Below are positions 8,620 to 17,522 of a DNA stretch of 31,602 bases, piece by piece. A model generated the notes under the pieces. The model ran no database searches and had not been told where the DNA came from. It saw nothing but the letters and a program-made list of their open reading frames with translations. Position 1 is the first letter of the stretch. Each line of letters begins with the position of its first letter. The stretch is from Bdellovibrio sp. (GTDB taxonomy: Bacteria; Bdellovibrionota; Bdellovibrionia; Bdellovibrionales; Bdellovibrionaceae): positions 1 to 31,602 of the forward strand of contig JBKCUU010000002.1 in assembly GCA_046318155.1 (NCBI GenBank), read 5' to 3'. The position numbers were made by a program, and so were the translations under genes.

Positions 8620-10143
8620 ATGTTTAAAAATGCACTCGTGAGTGTTTCTGACAAAACCGGTCTGGTCGAATTTTTGAAACCTTTGGCAGACAAAGGTTTG
8701 CGAATCGTTTCGACCGGTGGCTCAGCTGAACACCTTAAAAAAGCCGGAATAAAAATCACCGAAATAAGAGAGCAAACGGGTTTTCCAGAGGTGATGGGGG
8801 GGCGGGTGAAAACACTGCATCCACGCATTCATATGCCCCTTTTGGCTCGGGATTTTGAAGCTTTTGATCTCGAGCTTCTTAAAAACGAGGGACTCGAGCC
8901 TTTTGATCTGGTCGTCGTCAATCTTTATCCGTTTGAAGAAACACTTCTGAAGCAAGAAACAGACGCTTTGTCTGAGCAAGATCTGATCGAAAAGATCGAT
9001 ATTGGCGGGCCGACGCTGCTTCGTGCTTCGGCCAAAAACTTTTCTCGTATAACGGTGATTGCCGACCCCAGCGATTACCAATGGATTTCGGCCCAAGGCC
9101 AAACAAGTCTTGAGGACCGAAAAAAATTAGCGGGTAAGGTTTTTGCCCTTGTCTCAAGGTACGACTCGCTGATTTCGCATTGGTTTGGCGCCTTCAATGG
9201 TCCGGACCTTTCGTTCGGTGGGTCCAAGGTGCAAGAGCTTCGCTATGGTGAGAACCCCAATCAGCAAGCCAGCTGGTACGCGAACTCGGGTGATCGCAAA
9301 GGTCTGCACACCGCCAAAATCTTACAGGGCAAGCCGCTCTCTTATAACAATATCCTTGATCTTGAAGCGGCCACCCAGCTTGCAAAAGAATTCGATGAAC
9401 CCACCGCCGTGGCCGTCAAGCACAACAATCCGTGCGGTGTTGGTTTAGCTCCGACAATTCTGGAGGCCGCCAAGCGCGCGTCTTCTGCTGACCCCGTGAG
9501 TGTGTTTGGTGGTATCGTCGCTCTGAACCGAGAAGTCGACGGACCGACGGCAGAGCTTTTAGATAAAATTTTTCTTGAATGTGTCGTTGCGCCAAAAATT
9601 TCGAGCGCGGCCATGGAGGTTTTCGCCAAAAAGAAAAACCTGCGTGTACTTGAGTGGCCGAACATGATGACCTGCATTCGGGTCCATGAGGTGCGCACGC
9701 TCGCCGGTGGTTTTTTGGTTCAAGGCGTTCAGAGTCTTGGTTCAGAGACTTCGAAGTGGAAGTTTTTGGGTGAGGTTCCGGCCGAAGCTGTGATGCAGGA
9801 TTTGATCTTTGCCGAGAAGGTCTGCGCGTCACTTAAAAGTAATGCGATTGCAATCGTCAAAAACGGACAAACCTTGGGCCTCGGCATGGGCCAAGTTAAC
9901 CGTGTCGAAGCGGTGGCACACGCGGTGACCCGCATGCAAGCGCATCACCAGTCCAAAGCCAGAATGATTTTGGCGAGTGACGCGTTCTTTCCGTTTCCGG
10001 ACTCGATTGAAAAAGCATCAGAGGCCGGCGTGAAGTGGATTTTGCAGCCAGGCGGATCGTTGCGAGACCAAGAGGTTTTTGCGACAGCACGAAGACTGGG
10101 CGTGAATATGGTGCTAACAGGCGAAAGACACTTTCGCCACTAG
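8620..10143 (+). CDS. purH: Bifunctional AICAR transformylase / IMP cyclohydrolase
   Basis: ALVSVSDKTG, STGG, GGRVKTLHP, VVNLYPF, IDIGGPT, LRYGENPNQ, KHNNPCG, ASDAFFPF, RHFRH. Confidence 0.98.
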   Translation: MFKNALVSVSDKTGLVEFLKPLADKGLRIVSTGGSAEHLKKAGIKITEIREQTGFPEVMGGRVKTLHPRIHMPLLARDFEAFDLELLKNEGLEPFDLVVVNLYPFEETLLKQETDALSEQDLIEKIDIGGPTLLRASAKNFSRITVIADPSDYQWISAQGQTSLEDRKKLAGKVFALVSRYDSLISHWFGAFNGPDLSFGGSKVQELRYGENPNQQASWYANSGDRKGLHTAKILQGKPLSYNNILDLEAATQLAKEFDEPTAVAVKHNNPCGVGLAPTILEAAKRASSADPVSVFGGIVALNREVDGPTAELLDKIFLECVVAPKISSAAMEVFAKKKNLRVLEWPNMMTCIRVHEVRTLAGGFLVQGVQSLGSETSKWKFLGEVPAEAVMQDLIFAEKVCASLKSNAIAIVKNGQTLGLGMGQVNRVEAVAHAVTRMQAHHQSKARMILASDAFFPFPDSIEKASEAGVKWILQPGGSLRDQEVFATARRLGVNMVLTGERHFRH

Positions 10144-10155
10144 AGGGGATCCAGC

Positions 10156-11886
10156 ATGCATGAGGAGCGTTGGCTCGTAAAATCATCAGGTCGGGTGCTT
10201 GGTCCGTTTACTCTTGAAGAACTGATTCAGCACTTGCGTGCCCGGACCTTGTCGATCATCGATGAGGTTCGCGATCCTGGTACACGCTGGAATTTCATTC
10301 GCGAACATCCTTTGCTGCGTGATCTGGTTCGTCAATTGCGTGAAGAGCAAGATGCGACTCATGATTCAACGCAAACCACTTTTGTCGGTGGTCGTACCGT
10401 CACGATGAGTGTCACCGAGAATCTTGCTCAAGAAGGCGAAGTCACTCCCAACCCGACGGGAATGACGTCTTCGGGTAGTCAAGATGTGCGGCCAATTTCG
10501 GGCACCGAACGAAATGTCTCATCCACGTTCGGCGGCGGCAGAGGCTATGGCTCGATGGCGGACCCTCGCGTTCACAGCCATTTGCAAAAGCGGACCAACT
10601 TTTCGCGCAACGTTTTGTTTGGCGTGGCTTTTGCTCTGATCGCAGGTTCGGGTGTTTATTTTTACACCCAAAAGAAAAACCGTGTTGTCGCGACAGACCA
10701 GGCCCGCGCGTTTGTAAAACTGGCGCGTGAGCAAGCTCGCTACGGACAGTCAGGCAAGGCCCTAGAGTTTTTGCTTCGCGCGCGCGGAGCCCTGCCATTT
10801 AGTGTTGAAGACCGATTGTTGTACTCGGAACTTTTGCTTCAAGTCGAAGGCAAGACGGTCGAAGCGCAGCGAGCCCTCAGCGAAATTCAGAATTTGCAAG
10901 ATCCACGACTTTTACGAGAGATGTCGCTGGCAAAGATATTGATTTTTTTGAAAGAACAGCGCTGGAACGAGGCTTCGGTTGAGATCAATAATTTGCTGAG
11001 CTTCAATCCAAAAGATGAAGAGGCTCTGCACAACATGGCTCTTTTGCAATACTACCAAGGGCTTTATACCACGTCGATGCAGACGGCGAACCGTTTAATC
11101 GAGGGCGGTTACCGAAGCACGGAACTTTTAATCTTAAAGGGGCTGCTCGCACTGAGTTGGCCCGAAAAAGCGGGACAGGTCTTGCGATTGAGCCAAGCGG
11201 CTGACGAAATCAAAACAGATCTCGATGAAAATTTTGAGCTGCATTTTGAGAAAAGTCTCTTGTATCTGACTTTAAAAATTCAGTCCGGAAAATTCGAAGA
11301 GGTGCAGCAATGGCTCAAGGCTATGTGGGTCGCCGACCCATTTGATTCGCGTAACTTCTCGCAAAACTTGCTCATCGATCATCAGATTATTGGCTGGGAC
11401 CGCTTGGCTCCCATATGCAATCGTATTAGCCAAACGCTTCCTGACCATGAGGGGACAAAGGGAATTCAAGCCCTTTGCCTGTTTTTTCAAGGCGAATCAG
11501 CCTCTGCACTTCAGCGTTTAGATGAGTCCCGCAAGCAGCTTTCTCAGAGCGGTCTCTTGGCCGCGATTCAATCGTTGATGTATTTGCAGGTGGGGCGCCC
11601 GGCCGAAGGCAAAGCGCTGCTGCAGTTGTCGCAAGGAGAACCTTTGGGGCTCTTAGCACAGGGGCAGATCTGTCAGCAGGATACGGACTGGCCCTGCGCG
11701 GAGCAAGCGTGGGCTAAAGTCCTCAGCGTTGTTCCTGAAAACCCCATGGCACTTTATGGTAAAGCCTTTGTGATGAAACAACGTGGAAACGACAATGGCT
11801 CGCGTGAACAAATCCGCCGAAGCGTTTTGTCATCGCCAAGATACCGCCCATTTCTAGAAGCGCGCGGGGAGACCAGTGGTTACTAA
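10156..11886 (+). CDS. GYF_2-like domain, single TM, TPR-repeat protein
   Basis: N-terminus WLVKSSGRVLGPFTLEEL...W fits a GYF_2 pattern; TM VLFGVAFALIAGSGVYFY; TPR-like repeats (NPKDEEALHNMALLQYYQG, PENPMALYGKA). Confidence 0.72.
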   Translation: MHEERWLVKSSGRVLGPFTLEELIQHLRARTLSIIDEVRDPGTRWNFIREHPLLRDLVRQLREEQDATHDSTQTTFVGGRTVTMSVTENLAQEGEVTPNPTGMTSSGSQDVRPISGTERNVSSTFGGGRGYGSMADPRVHSHLQKRTNFSRNVLFGVAFALIAGSGVYFYTQKKNRVVATDQARAFVKLAREQARYGQSGKALEFLLRARGALPFSVEDRLLYSELLLQVEGKTVEAQRALSEIQNLQDPRLLREMSLAKILIFLKEQRWNEASVEINNLLSFNPKDEEALHNMALLQYYQGLYTTSMQTANRLIEGGYRSTELLILKGLLALSWPEKAGQVLRLSQAADEIKTDLDENFELHFEKSLLYLTLKIQSGKFEEVQQWLKAMWVADPFDSRNFSQNLLIDHQIIGWDRLAPICNRISQTLPDHEGTKGIQALCLFFQGESASALQRLDESRKQLSQSGLLAAIQSLMYLQVGRPAEGKALLQLSQGEPLGLLAQGQICQQDTDWPCAEQAWAKVLSVVPENPMALYGKAFVMKQRGNDNGSREQIRRSVLSSPRYRPFLEARGETSGY

Positions 11887-12601
11887 ATCGGTCGCAACTT
11901 TTTTTGTAGCTTCGTTCATGGCCGCCGCCGCCCTTCTCTTGGCGGCCTGCCAACGTCAAGAGCATGGGCATGCAGAGCCATACGCCGGCCTGACCCTGCA
12001 GGTTCGCGAACAAGGCTCTGACTTTTTGATTCCCTCGATGGCTTGGGATCTGCTGCTCATCAGCCCGGCCGAAAAAGCCAAAGCGAAAGAAAAAGCAAAG
12101 ACCAACCCTCGTCCTGAAGAAGACATGCACTTAACAACCGCATCATTTGTGTACGCCCCTTTGAAGGTGATCTTGAAAGAGAAGAATCAAGGCGTGCTGA
12201 CAGAACCCGAGATTCACTTTAATCTCCCAGACGGTGGTTCGGAAATTGATTTGGCCAAAATGGTCACGGGTCAAACAGGTACGTTTTTTGTCCGCTTCGA
12301 ATTTGAAGGGCAACAACTCGAGACTGAAGACAGTAAAATTTTATTCTACAGCCGAACAAAAAAACGGCGTGTGGGTGATGAGATCATCGGTGCCGGTTGC
12401 CAAAAAGTTCTTGAGTTGACCAAATTTGTCGCCTCGCAAGGGTCTGATGGTTTGAAGGTAAACACCACTCGAAATTTTCATACGACGGTTTTGGGCGGGC
12501 ACTTTTTATTTTCTTGGATAAAAGATGGGATGCGTAAAATTAGCCGCGTTTCCTTTGTCGATTCGGCCAATGCAGCTTTGTACTGTGAGCGTGAAAAATG
12601 A
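11876..12601 (+). CDS. Putative lipoprotein of unknown function
   Basis: Hydrophobic signal ending in lipobox LAAC; overlaps both neighbours (11 nt and ATGA). Confidence 0.7.
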   Translation: MVTKSVATFFVASFMAAAALLLAACQRQEHGHAEPYAGLTLQVREQGSDFLIPSMAWDLLLISPAEKAKAKEKAKTNPRPEEDMHLTTASFVYAPLKVILKEKNQGVLTEPEIHFNLPDGGSEIDLAKMVTGQTGTFFVRFEFEGQQLETEDSKILFYSRTKKRRVGDEIIGAGCQKVLELTKFVASQGSDGLKVNTTRNFHTTVLGGHFLFSWIKDGMRKISRVSFVDSANAALYCEREK

Positions 12602-13095
12602 TGTCTTTCTTAAGTGCTTACAAAAGTTACGATCCCGCAGCCAAGTCCCTGATTGAAATCGCGCTTCTTTACCCGGGTCCCAAAGCCGTGTTTTTTCACC
12701 GGATTGCTCATGCCTTGTATGGAGCTCGGCTTTTTTTCTTTGCGCGTCTTTTTGCCGAGGTCAGCCGAGCCCTCACGGGCATCGAAATTCATCCAGGTGC
12801 GCAATTGGGTCAGCGTTTGGTCATCGATCATGGCATGGGTGTTGTCATTGGCGAGACCGCAATTATTGGCGATGACTGCATTATTTTTCATGGTGTGACG
12901 TTGGGCGGGATGAAATTCGACCCTGTTAAGCGCCACCCCACAGTCGGCAATAAGGTTCTCATCGGGGCGGGAGCCAAAGTCCTTGGCCATATCTTGCTCG
13001 GTGACAACAGCCGAATTGGTGCCAACGCCGTCATCACTAAAGATGTTGCGCCAGGAAAAACGGCCGTGGGTAATCCTATGCGGGTCTTGGACTGA
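12598..13095 (+). CDS. cysE: Serine O-acetyltransferase (short form)
   Basis: DPAA, LYPG, TGIEIHPGA, IDHGMGVVIGETA, GVTLGG, KRHPT, hexapeptide repeats. Confidence 0.92.
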   Translation: MMSFLSAYKSYDPAAKSLIEIALLYPGPKAVFFHRIAHALYGARLFFFARLFAEVSRALTGIEIHPGAQLGQRLVIDHGMGVVIGETAIIGDDCIIFHGVTLGGMKFDPVKRHPTVGNKVLIGAGAKVLGHILLGDNSRIGANAVITKDVAPGKTAVGNPMRVLD

Positions 13096-13107
13096 TCGAT
13101 TACAGGG

Positions 13108-15618
13108 TTAAAATTTGACAGATCGTCCTTTGGCAACGGGCATGGCCTCTAAAGGATTTTCGGGCCAGCTGTGCTTGGGGTATCGACTTTTCAGTTCTTT
13201 GCGAACTTCACCGTAACCGTTGCGCCAAAAGCTCGACAGATCACGAGTGACTTGGACCGGGCGGTAGTTCGGCCCCAACAAAAACAGTGTCAATTTTTGG
13301 CCCGCGACCGTGGGGCCCTCTTTTAACCCAAACAATTCTTGAAGACGAACTTCGCAAAAAGGACCCTGCTCTTGCGAGTATTGGATTTTCATGCGGCTTC
13401 CGCTCGGAACAATCCACGAGGAGGGGCAGTCTTTTTCGAGGCGCCCACGCGTTGCCGCCGGTAGAGCGTTCTCAAAACTTTGAACCAAGTCTTTAGCGGC
13501 AACGGCCTTTAAAGAAGACTCTCCGTAACAAGCCATTTCGAGGGCCTCATGAAACTTATCTTCACGCAAACCCGGTATCGGGCTCTGGGGCCGGCTTTCA
13601 AGGCTGGGATCCAGACGCATTAAAAACTCAAGGCGCCTGACCCAGAATTGCAAAGCTTCGTTTTCTTGTAAGAGATCATTCCAGCGGTCCGAAGCGAGCT
13701 TCGAGAGTTGGTCTTTGATCTCCTCGGGTTTGGCCGGGCGCCGAGTTTCAGCGCCAATCTCAAGACCATTCCACGCCAGCGACTGCACAAACTGAAATTG
13801 CTGGTTGTCCTCGTTCCATTCGATTCTGGGCGCCTTCAGTGCCCGAGGAAAGATTTCTTTTTCGATGAGCGCGAGCGGCAAACCTACCGCTTGGTGAACG
13901 GTTGTTTCGCTGCTCGAAGAACCTTCGACCAAATCAAGCGCCAAGAAGTATTCGGATTGTTTGACGCTTGAACTGGGGTGCAGTTTGACGCCTCGCCCGC
14001 CCACCATTTTGCCTTGAGGGTCTTGCGGGCGACGCCGACGGCACAATCGATCAGGGTAAATTTGCAAAAGAATCTCAGGTGCCCAGTCCGCAAAAGTCGG
14101 CTCACGGTTTTTTTTTGTGTCTGTCAGAGTTTGCAATAGCTGCTGTTTTGTTTTCTCAAGAGGTCTAAACCGAGAGGGGTCGCGGCGCCAAAGCTCCCAA
14201 GCATCTTGCAAATCATTCTCTTGCCCGTGGGCATTTGTCGCTGCTGGTGCGCGCTCTGACAGGAGTGTTGCGAGCTCGGCACCAAGCTCTGTCAGGCCCT
14301 GGTCCTCACTCATCAAAAGGAGTTTTGCAAGCCTGGGGTGGAGCGGGAGCCTCCGCATCCGTGCGCCCAGTGGTGTCAGTGCTCCGTCAAGGGTCGTGGC
14401 TCCGATCGACTGCAAAAACTGAACGGCTGTTTTCAGGGCGGCCCCATTTGGTGACTCAAACCAAGAAACTTGTTCGGGTTTGCGCAGTCCTAAGGCCGCC
14501 AGCAGCAGTACTGTTTCAGAAAGCTCTGAGCGAAAAATCTCGGGCGTTTCAAAGTCTTTCATCGAAAGCTCGTCGTGCGGACTCCAAGCTCGGTAAACCG
14601 CGCCTGGCCCCGTTCGAGCAGCGCGGCCCGCACGCTGAGTCGCCGAAGCTTTTGAAACTCGTTGCAGATCCAGTGACTCAAAACCAGTTTTTGGATGAAT
14701 CTGATTCACCCTCGCAAGTCCACTGTCGACAACGGTTTGAACTCCTTGAACGGTCAACGAGCTCTCGGCGACATTGGTCGATAAGATAATTTTGCGTTTG
14801 CCATTTTGTGGAAGCAGAGCCCGGCGTTGCTCTTCAAGAGTTAATGATCCGTGCAGTCCGACGATTGCAACAGTCTCCTGCAGCTTGGCCCGCAGACGTT
14901 CGCCCAGGCGCTCAATTTCACCGCGGCCAGGAAGAAACACCAGAATGTCTCCGGCCTTTTGTTGATAAAGCGCAGTCAATGTCAGCGCGCTGATGCGGTC
15001 GGTAAACTCAGGGCCCGTGCGCAGGAGCAACGCCTTGTTTTCAAAATGTGTTTCGAGCGGAAAGGTTTTGCCCGGAACCTTCAGCACGGCCTTAGTTTGC
15101 AGGTAGGACGCCAATCTTGTGGTTTCAAGCGTTGCGGACATCACCACAATTTTTAGATCCGGCCGCGAAAGCTCCTGCAGTTCTTTGAGTAATGCAATGG
15201 CAACATCAGTATGCAAACTTCGCTCGTGAAACTCATCCAAGATCACGCACGAGACATCTTTAAGTTCTGGCTCGACAAGCATTTTGCGAACAAGTAAGGC
15301 CTCAGTCAAAAAAATCAGGCGCGTGTCTTTTGAGGTTTTATTGTCAAAGCGAACTTGATAACCAACTTCGGGGCCGCCCAAGGTCCAAGCATTTTCTTCG
15401 GCAATTCGAGCCGAGGCTGAGACCGCGGCAATTCGCCGGGGTTCGAGCACCAAGATTTTTTTCGGCATATGCGCCAAGAGCGCGGGGGGCAGACGGGTCG
15501 TTTTTCCCGCACCGGGCTCGGCGGTTAAAATTAAACTGGAGTTGGTTCGCAGAAGCTGGCAGGCCTCGAATAAAAATTCGTCGATCGGAACTGAGGAGAG
15601 AGGGGGTCTCAAGGTCAT
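13108..15618 (-). CDS. hrpB: ATP-dependent DEAH-box RNA helicase HrpB
   Basis: AEPGAGKTT, EPRRIAA, DEFHERS, MSAT, QRAGRAAR, and HrpB C-terminal QVTRDLSSFW...RYPKHSWP. Confidence 0.96.
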   Translation of the reverse strand: MTLRPPLSSVPIDEFLFEACQLLRTNSSLILTAEPGAGKTTRLPPALLAHMPKKILVLEPRRIAAVSASARIAEENAWTLGGPEVGYQVRFDNKTSKDTRLIFLTEALLVRKMLVEPELKDVSCVILDEFHERSLHTDVAIALLKELQELSRPDLKIVVMSATLETTRLASYLQTKAVLKVPGKTFPLETHFENKALLLRTGPEFTDRISALTLTALYQQKAGDILVFLPGRGEIERLGERLRAKLQETVAIVGLHGSLTLEEQRRALLPQNGKRKIILSTNVAESSLTVQGVQTVVDSGLARVNQIHPKTGFESLDLQRVSKASATQRAGRAARTGPGAVYRAWSPHDELSMKDFETPEIFRSELSETVLLLAALGLRKPEQVSWFESPNGAALKTAVQFLQSIGATTLDGALTPLGARMRRLPLHPRLAKLLLMSEDQGLTELGAELATLLSERAPAATNAHGQENDLQDAWELWRRDPSRFRPLEKTKQQLLQTLTDTKKNREPTFADWAPEILLQIYPDRLCRRRRPQDPQGKMVGGRGVKLHPSSSVKQSEYFLALDLVEGSSSSETTVHQAVGLPLALIEKEIFPRALKAPRIEWNEDNQQFQFVQSLAWNGLEIGAETRRPAKPEEIKDQLSKLASDRWNDLLQENEALQFWVRRLEFLMRLDPSLESRPQSPIPGLREDKFHEALEMACYGESSLKAVAAKDLVQSFENALPAATRGRLEKDCPSSWIVPSGSRMKIQYSQEQGPFCEVRLQELFGLKEGPTVAGQKLTLFLLGPNYRPVQVTRDLSSFWRNGYGEVRKELKSRYPKHSWPENPLEAMPVAKGRSVKF

Positions 15619-15620
15619 CT

Positions 15621-16280
15621 TTATGCAGGATAGACCAAAACTAAAAATTCTGCTTTCTTTTCTTTGGGTACTTTTCTTAAGGCAGTGGGTGTTCCTTCAA
15701 GAACCAATTCGTTTTCTTGAGTCAGATTGGTGACAAGTAAACACGTGCGCGCCGCAAAGTGCTTTTCAAGTTCAAGTAGCATTTTTTCAAATCGATAAGG
15801 CGTATCCATCAAGACAACGGCGCGCTTTTCTTTGGCGATGAGAAGCCATTCTTTTTCGCGGGCAACATTTTCGGCGGGTAAAAAACCGCGAAAGACAAAT
15901 TCATCGAGGCGGCGACTCGACAGTGACAACAAGGTCATCAAGCTTGAAGGGCCGGGCAAGGCTTGAACCGCGATTCCAGCCTCTCGGCAGGCGCGAACCA
16001 AATCAGCGCCCGGATCGCAGAAGCCCGGCGTTCCGCAATCTGTGATCAAGGGGATGTCTTGCATTTTGCAAAGTTCGCGCAGTCTTTGAATGTCATCGGC
16101 TTTTGAGTGCTCATTAAGCTGTTCAAAAGTTTTACCTTTGATGTCATGGGCCCTGAGCCAAACGGTGCTTTCCTTAAACTCTTCAAGAATGATGGTGCTG
16201 GCGGCTTGCAAAACTTCTTTGGCGCGAAAGCTCATATCTGCCGAGTTGCCGATAGGTGTCGGAACCAGAATCAAACCCAT
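15621..16280 (-). CDS. rsmI: 16S rRNA (cytidine1402-2'-O)-methyltransferase-like protein
   Basis: LVPTPIGN, LNEH, TDCGTPGFCDPG, LPGPSS, FRGFLP. Start moved to ATG 16280, 1 nt after the upstream stop. Confidence 0.88.
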   Translation of the reverse strand: MGLILVPTPIGNSADMSFRAKEVLQAASTIILEEFKESTVWLRAHDIKGKTFEQLNEHSKADDIQRLRELCKMQDIPLITDCGTPGFCDPGADLVRACREAGIAVQALPGPSSLMTLLSLSSRRLDEFVFRGFLPAENVAREKEWLLIAKEKRAVVLMDTPYRFEKMLLELEKHFAARTCLLVTNLTQENELVLEGTPTALRKVPKEKKAEFLVLVYPA

Positions 16281-16281
16281 C

Positions 16282-16620
16282 TTAGCGGCATTTCCAGTTT
16301 GCAGGATCGCCAGTTTCAACGGTTTGCCGGCCCACGCTTTTGCACAGTTTGGACCATTTCAGCTCGCCGGATTCAATGAGCGTCGCAAGCTTTGCAAAAA
16401 CAGGATTCAAGTTTTGATGAATCTGAGCATTCACCTGGGCGGGTTTTTTGCAATTGCCCTCGGCACGGTAAACAGAACCTTCGCGCTGAGCCACGAAGTG
16501 AGAATTGCCGAGCTTCAAACCTTCGACGGTTCCAGGAAGTTTGCCAAAGGCGACGACCGTTGTTGGCAGCAGTAACAGCACAAACAGAAACAATGCGAGG
16601 CTTGAGAACAATTTGAACAT
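16282..16620 (-). CDS. Small secreted protein (112 aa); possibly an internally deleted phosphatase-family gene
   Basis: Strong RBS GAGGAG; classical signal peptide; fills the gap between the HAD gene and rsmI. Confidence 0.65.
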   Translation of the reverse strand: MFKLFSSLALFLFVLLLLPTTVVAFGKLPGTVEGLKLGNSHFVAQREGSVYRAEGNCKKPAQVNAQIHQNLNPVFAKLATLIESGELKWSKLCKSVGRQTVETGDPANWKCR

Positions 16621-16669
16621 GGGTCAGCTCCTCAACTTAAACGAAACCTAAAAAAGGGGAGCGGCCAAT

Positions 16670-17419
16670 TTAACCGACGGGCGTGGTGTTTTTAAGGGGG
16701 AGGGTAAAATTCACAATTTTAGCCCAGGATTCTGACACGGGTGCCTTGCCCGAGTGGGTGGACTCGACAAAGACAATCTCAACTTCAGGATGCCGAGCTT
16801 GCACTTCGTGTAAATTGACGGGTTCATTTTCAAAGAACACGGTTATTCCATAGCGGTTTAAGTTTTGCTGATCAAACCAGCCCACTTTGAAGAGCGCATC
16901 ATCGCTGCCTTTAATGGGTTTGAGCACCAATTCACCAGGCGGAAATCCATGCACCGCCAGCACTTTTTGGGAGGCCTCTTGCATCGTTGCTTGGTCCCGG
17001 CCGGTCAGGTAAACTAGGCGAGCGCCGGCGTGTTTGATCCTCCAAACGTAGTCGGGGGCCCCCGCAATCGGGTGGTCAAAATGCAGGTAGCGACTGCTAA
17101 AAAAGCGGTCGATCCAGTACTGGCTGACAGCTTCATGAAAATCATTGCAGTGGGTATGAAGTCCGTGGCGGATCAGGGCAGATTTGATGCCCCAATCTTT
17201 CGAGGCCACTTTAAGATTTTTGAGCAGCTCGATGCTTTCGGGGAAGCGTTCCTGGTGGGCGGAGTCTGCTGAAAAATCGAGCATAATTTGCTGGGTGCGG
17301 GTACTCACATCAAAAAGGGTCGAATCCAGATCAAAGACAACCAGGGAGGGCTTCCCTGAAGCCTTTAAAGTCTCGATTCTCACCAAAATCTGACGGAGCA
17401 AATCATGCGTTTGCGTCAT
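16670..17419 (-). CDS. HAD-superfamily phosphatase
   Basis: Motif I VVFDLDSTLFD, motif II YLTGR, K (LFK), motif IV-like FFENEPVN. Start moved to ATG 17419 with a GGGAG RBS. Confidence 0.85.
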   Translation of the reverse strand: MTQTHDLLRQILVRIETLKASGKPSLVVFDLDSTLFDVSTRTQQIMLDFSADSAHQERFPESIELLKNLKVASKDWGIKSALIRHGLHTHCNDFHEAVSQYWIDRFFSSRYLHFDHPIAGAPDYVWRIKHAGARLVYLTGRDQATMQEASQKVLAVHGFPPGELVLKPIKGSDDALFKVGWFDQQNLNRYGITVFFENEPVNLHEVQARHPEVEIVFVESTHSGKAPVSESWAKIVNFTLPLKNTTPVG

Positions 17420-17522
17420 GTCTCCCTTTCTCGCCGGGAGTGATGGAAAGGTAAAGAGAATTCTTGGCTCCAGGGGCCTCGCTTGATACACCTTCAGCCG
17501 AACAATTTTGGAGGAGTCTTCT

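Noticed and set aside
16090..16575. 161-aa plus-strand ORF
   Set aside because: It is antisense to rsmI and the secreted-protein gene and has no motif support.
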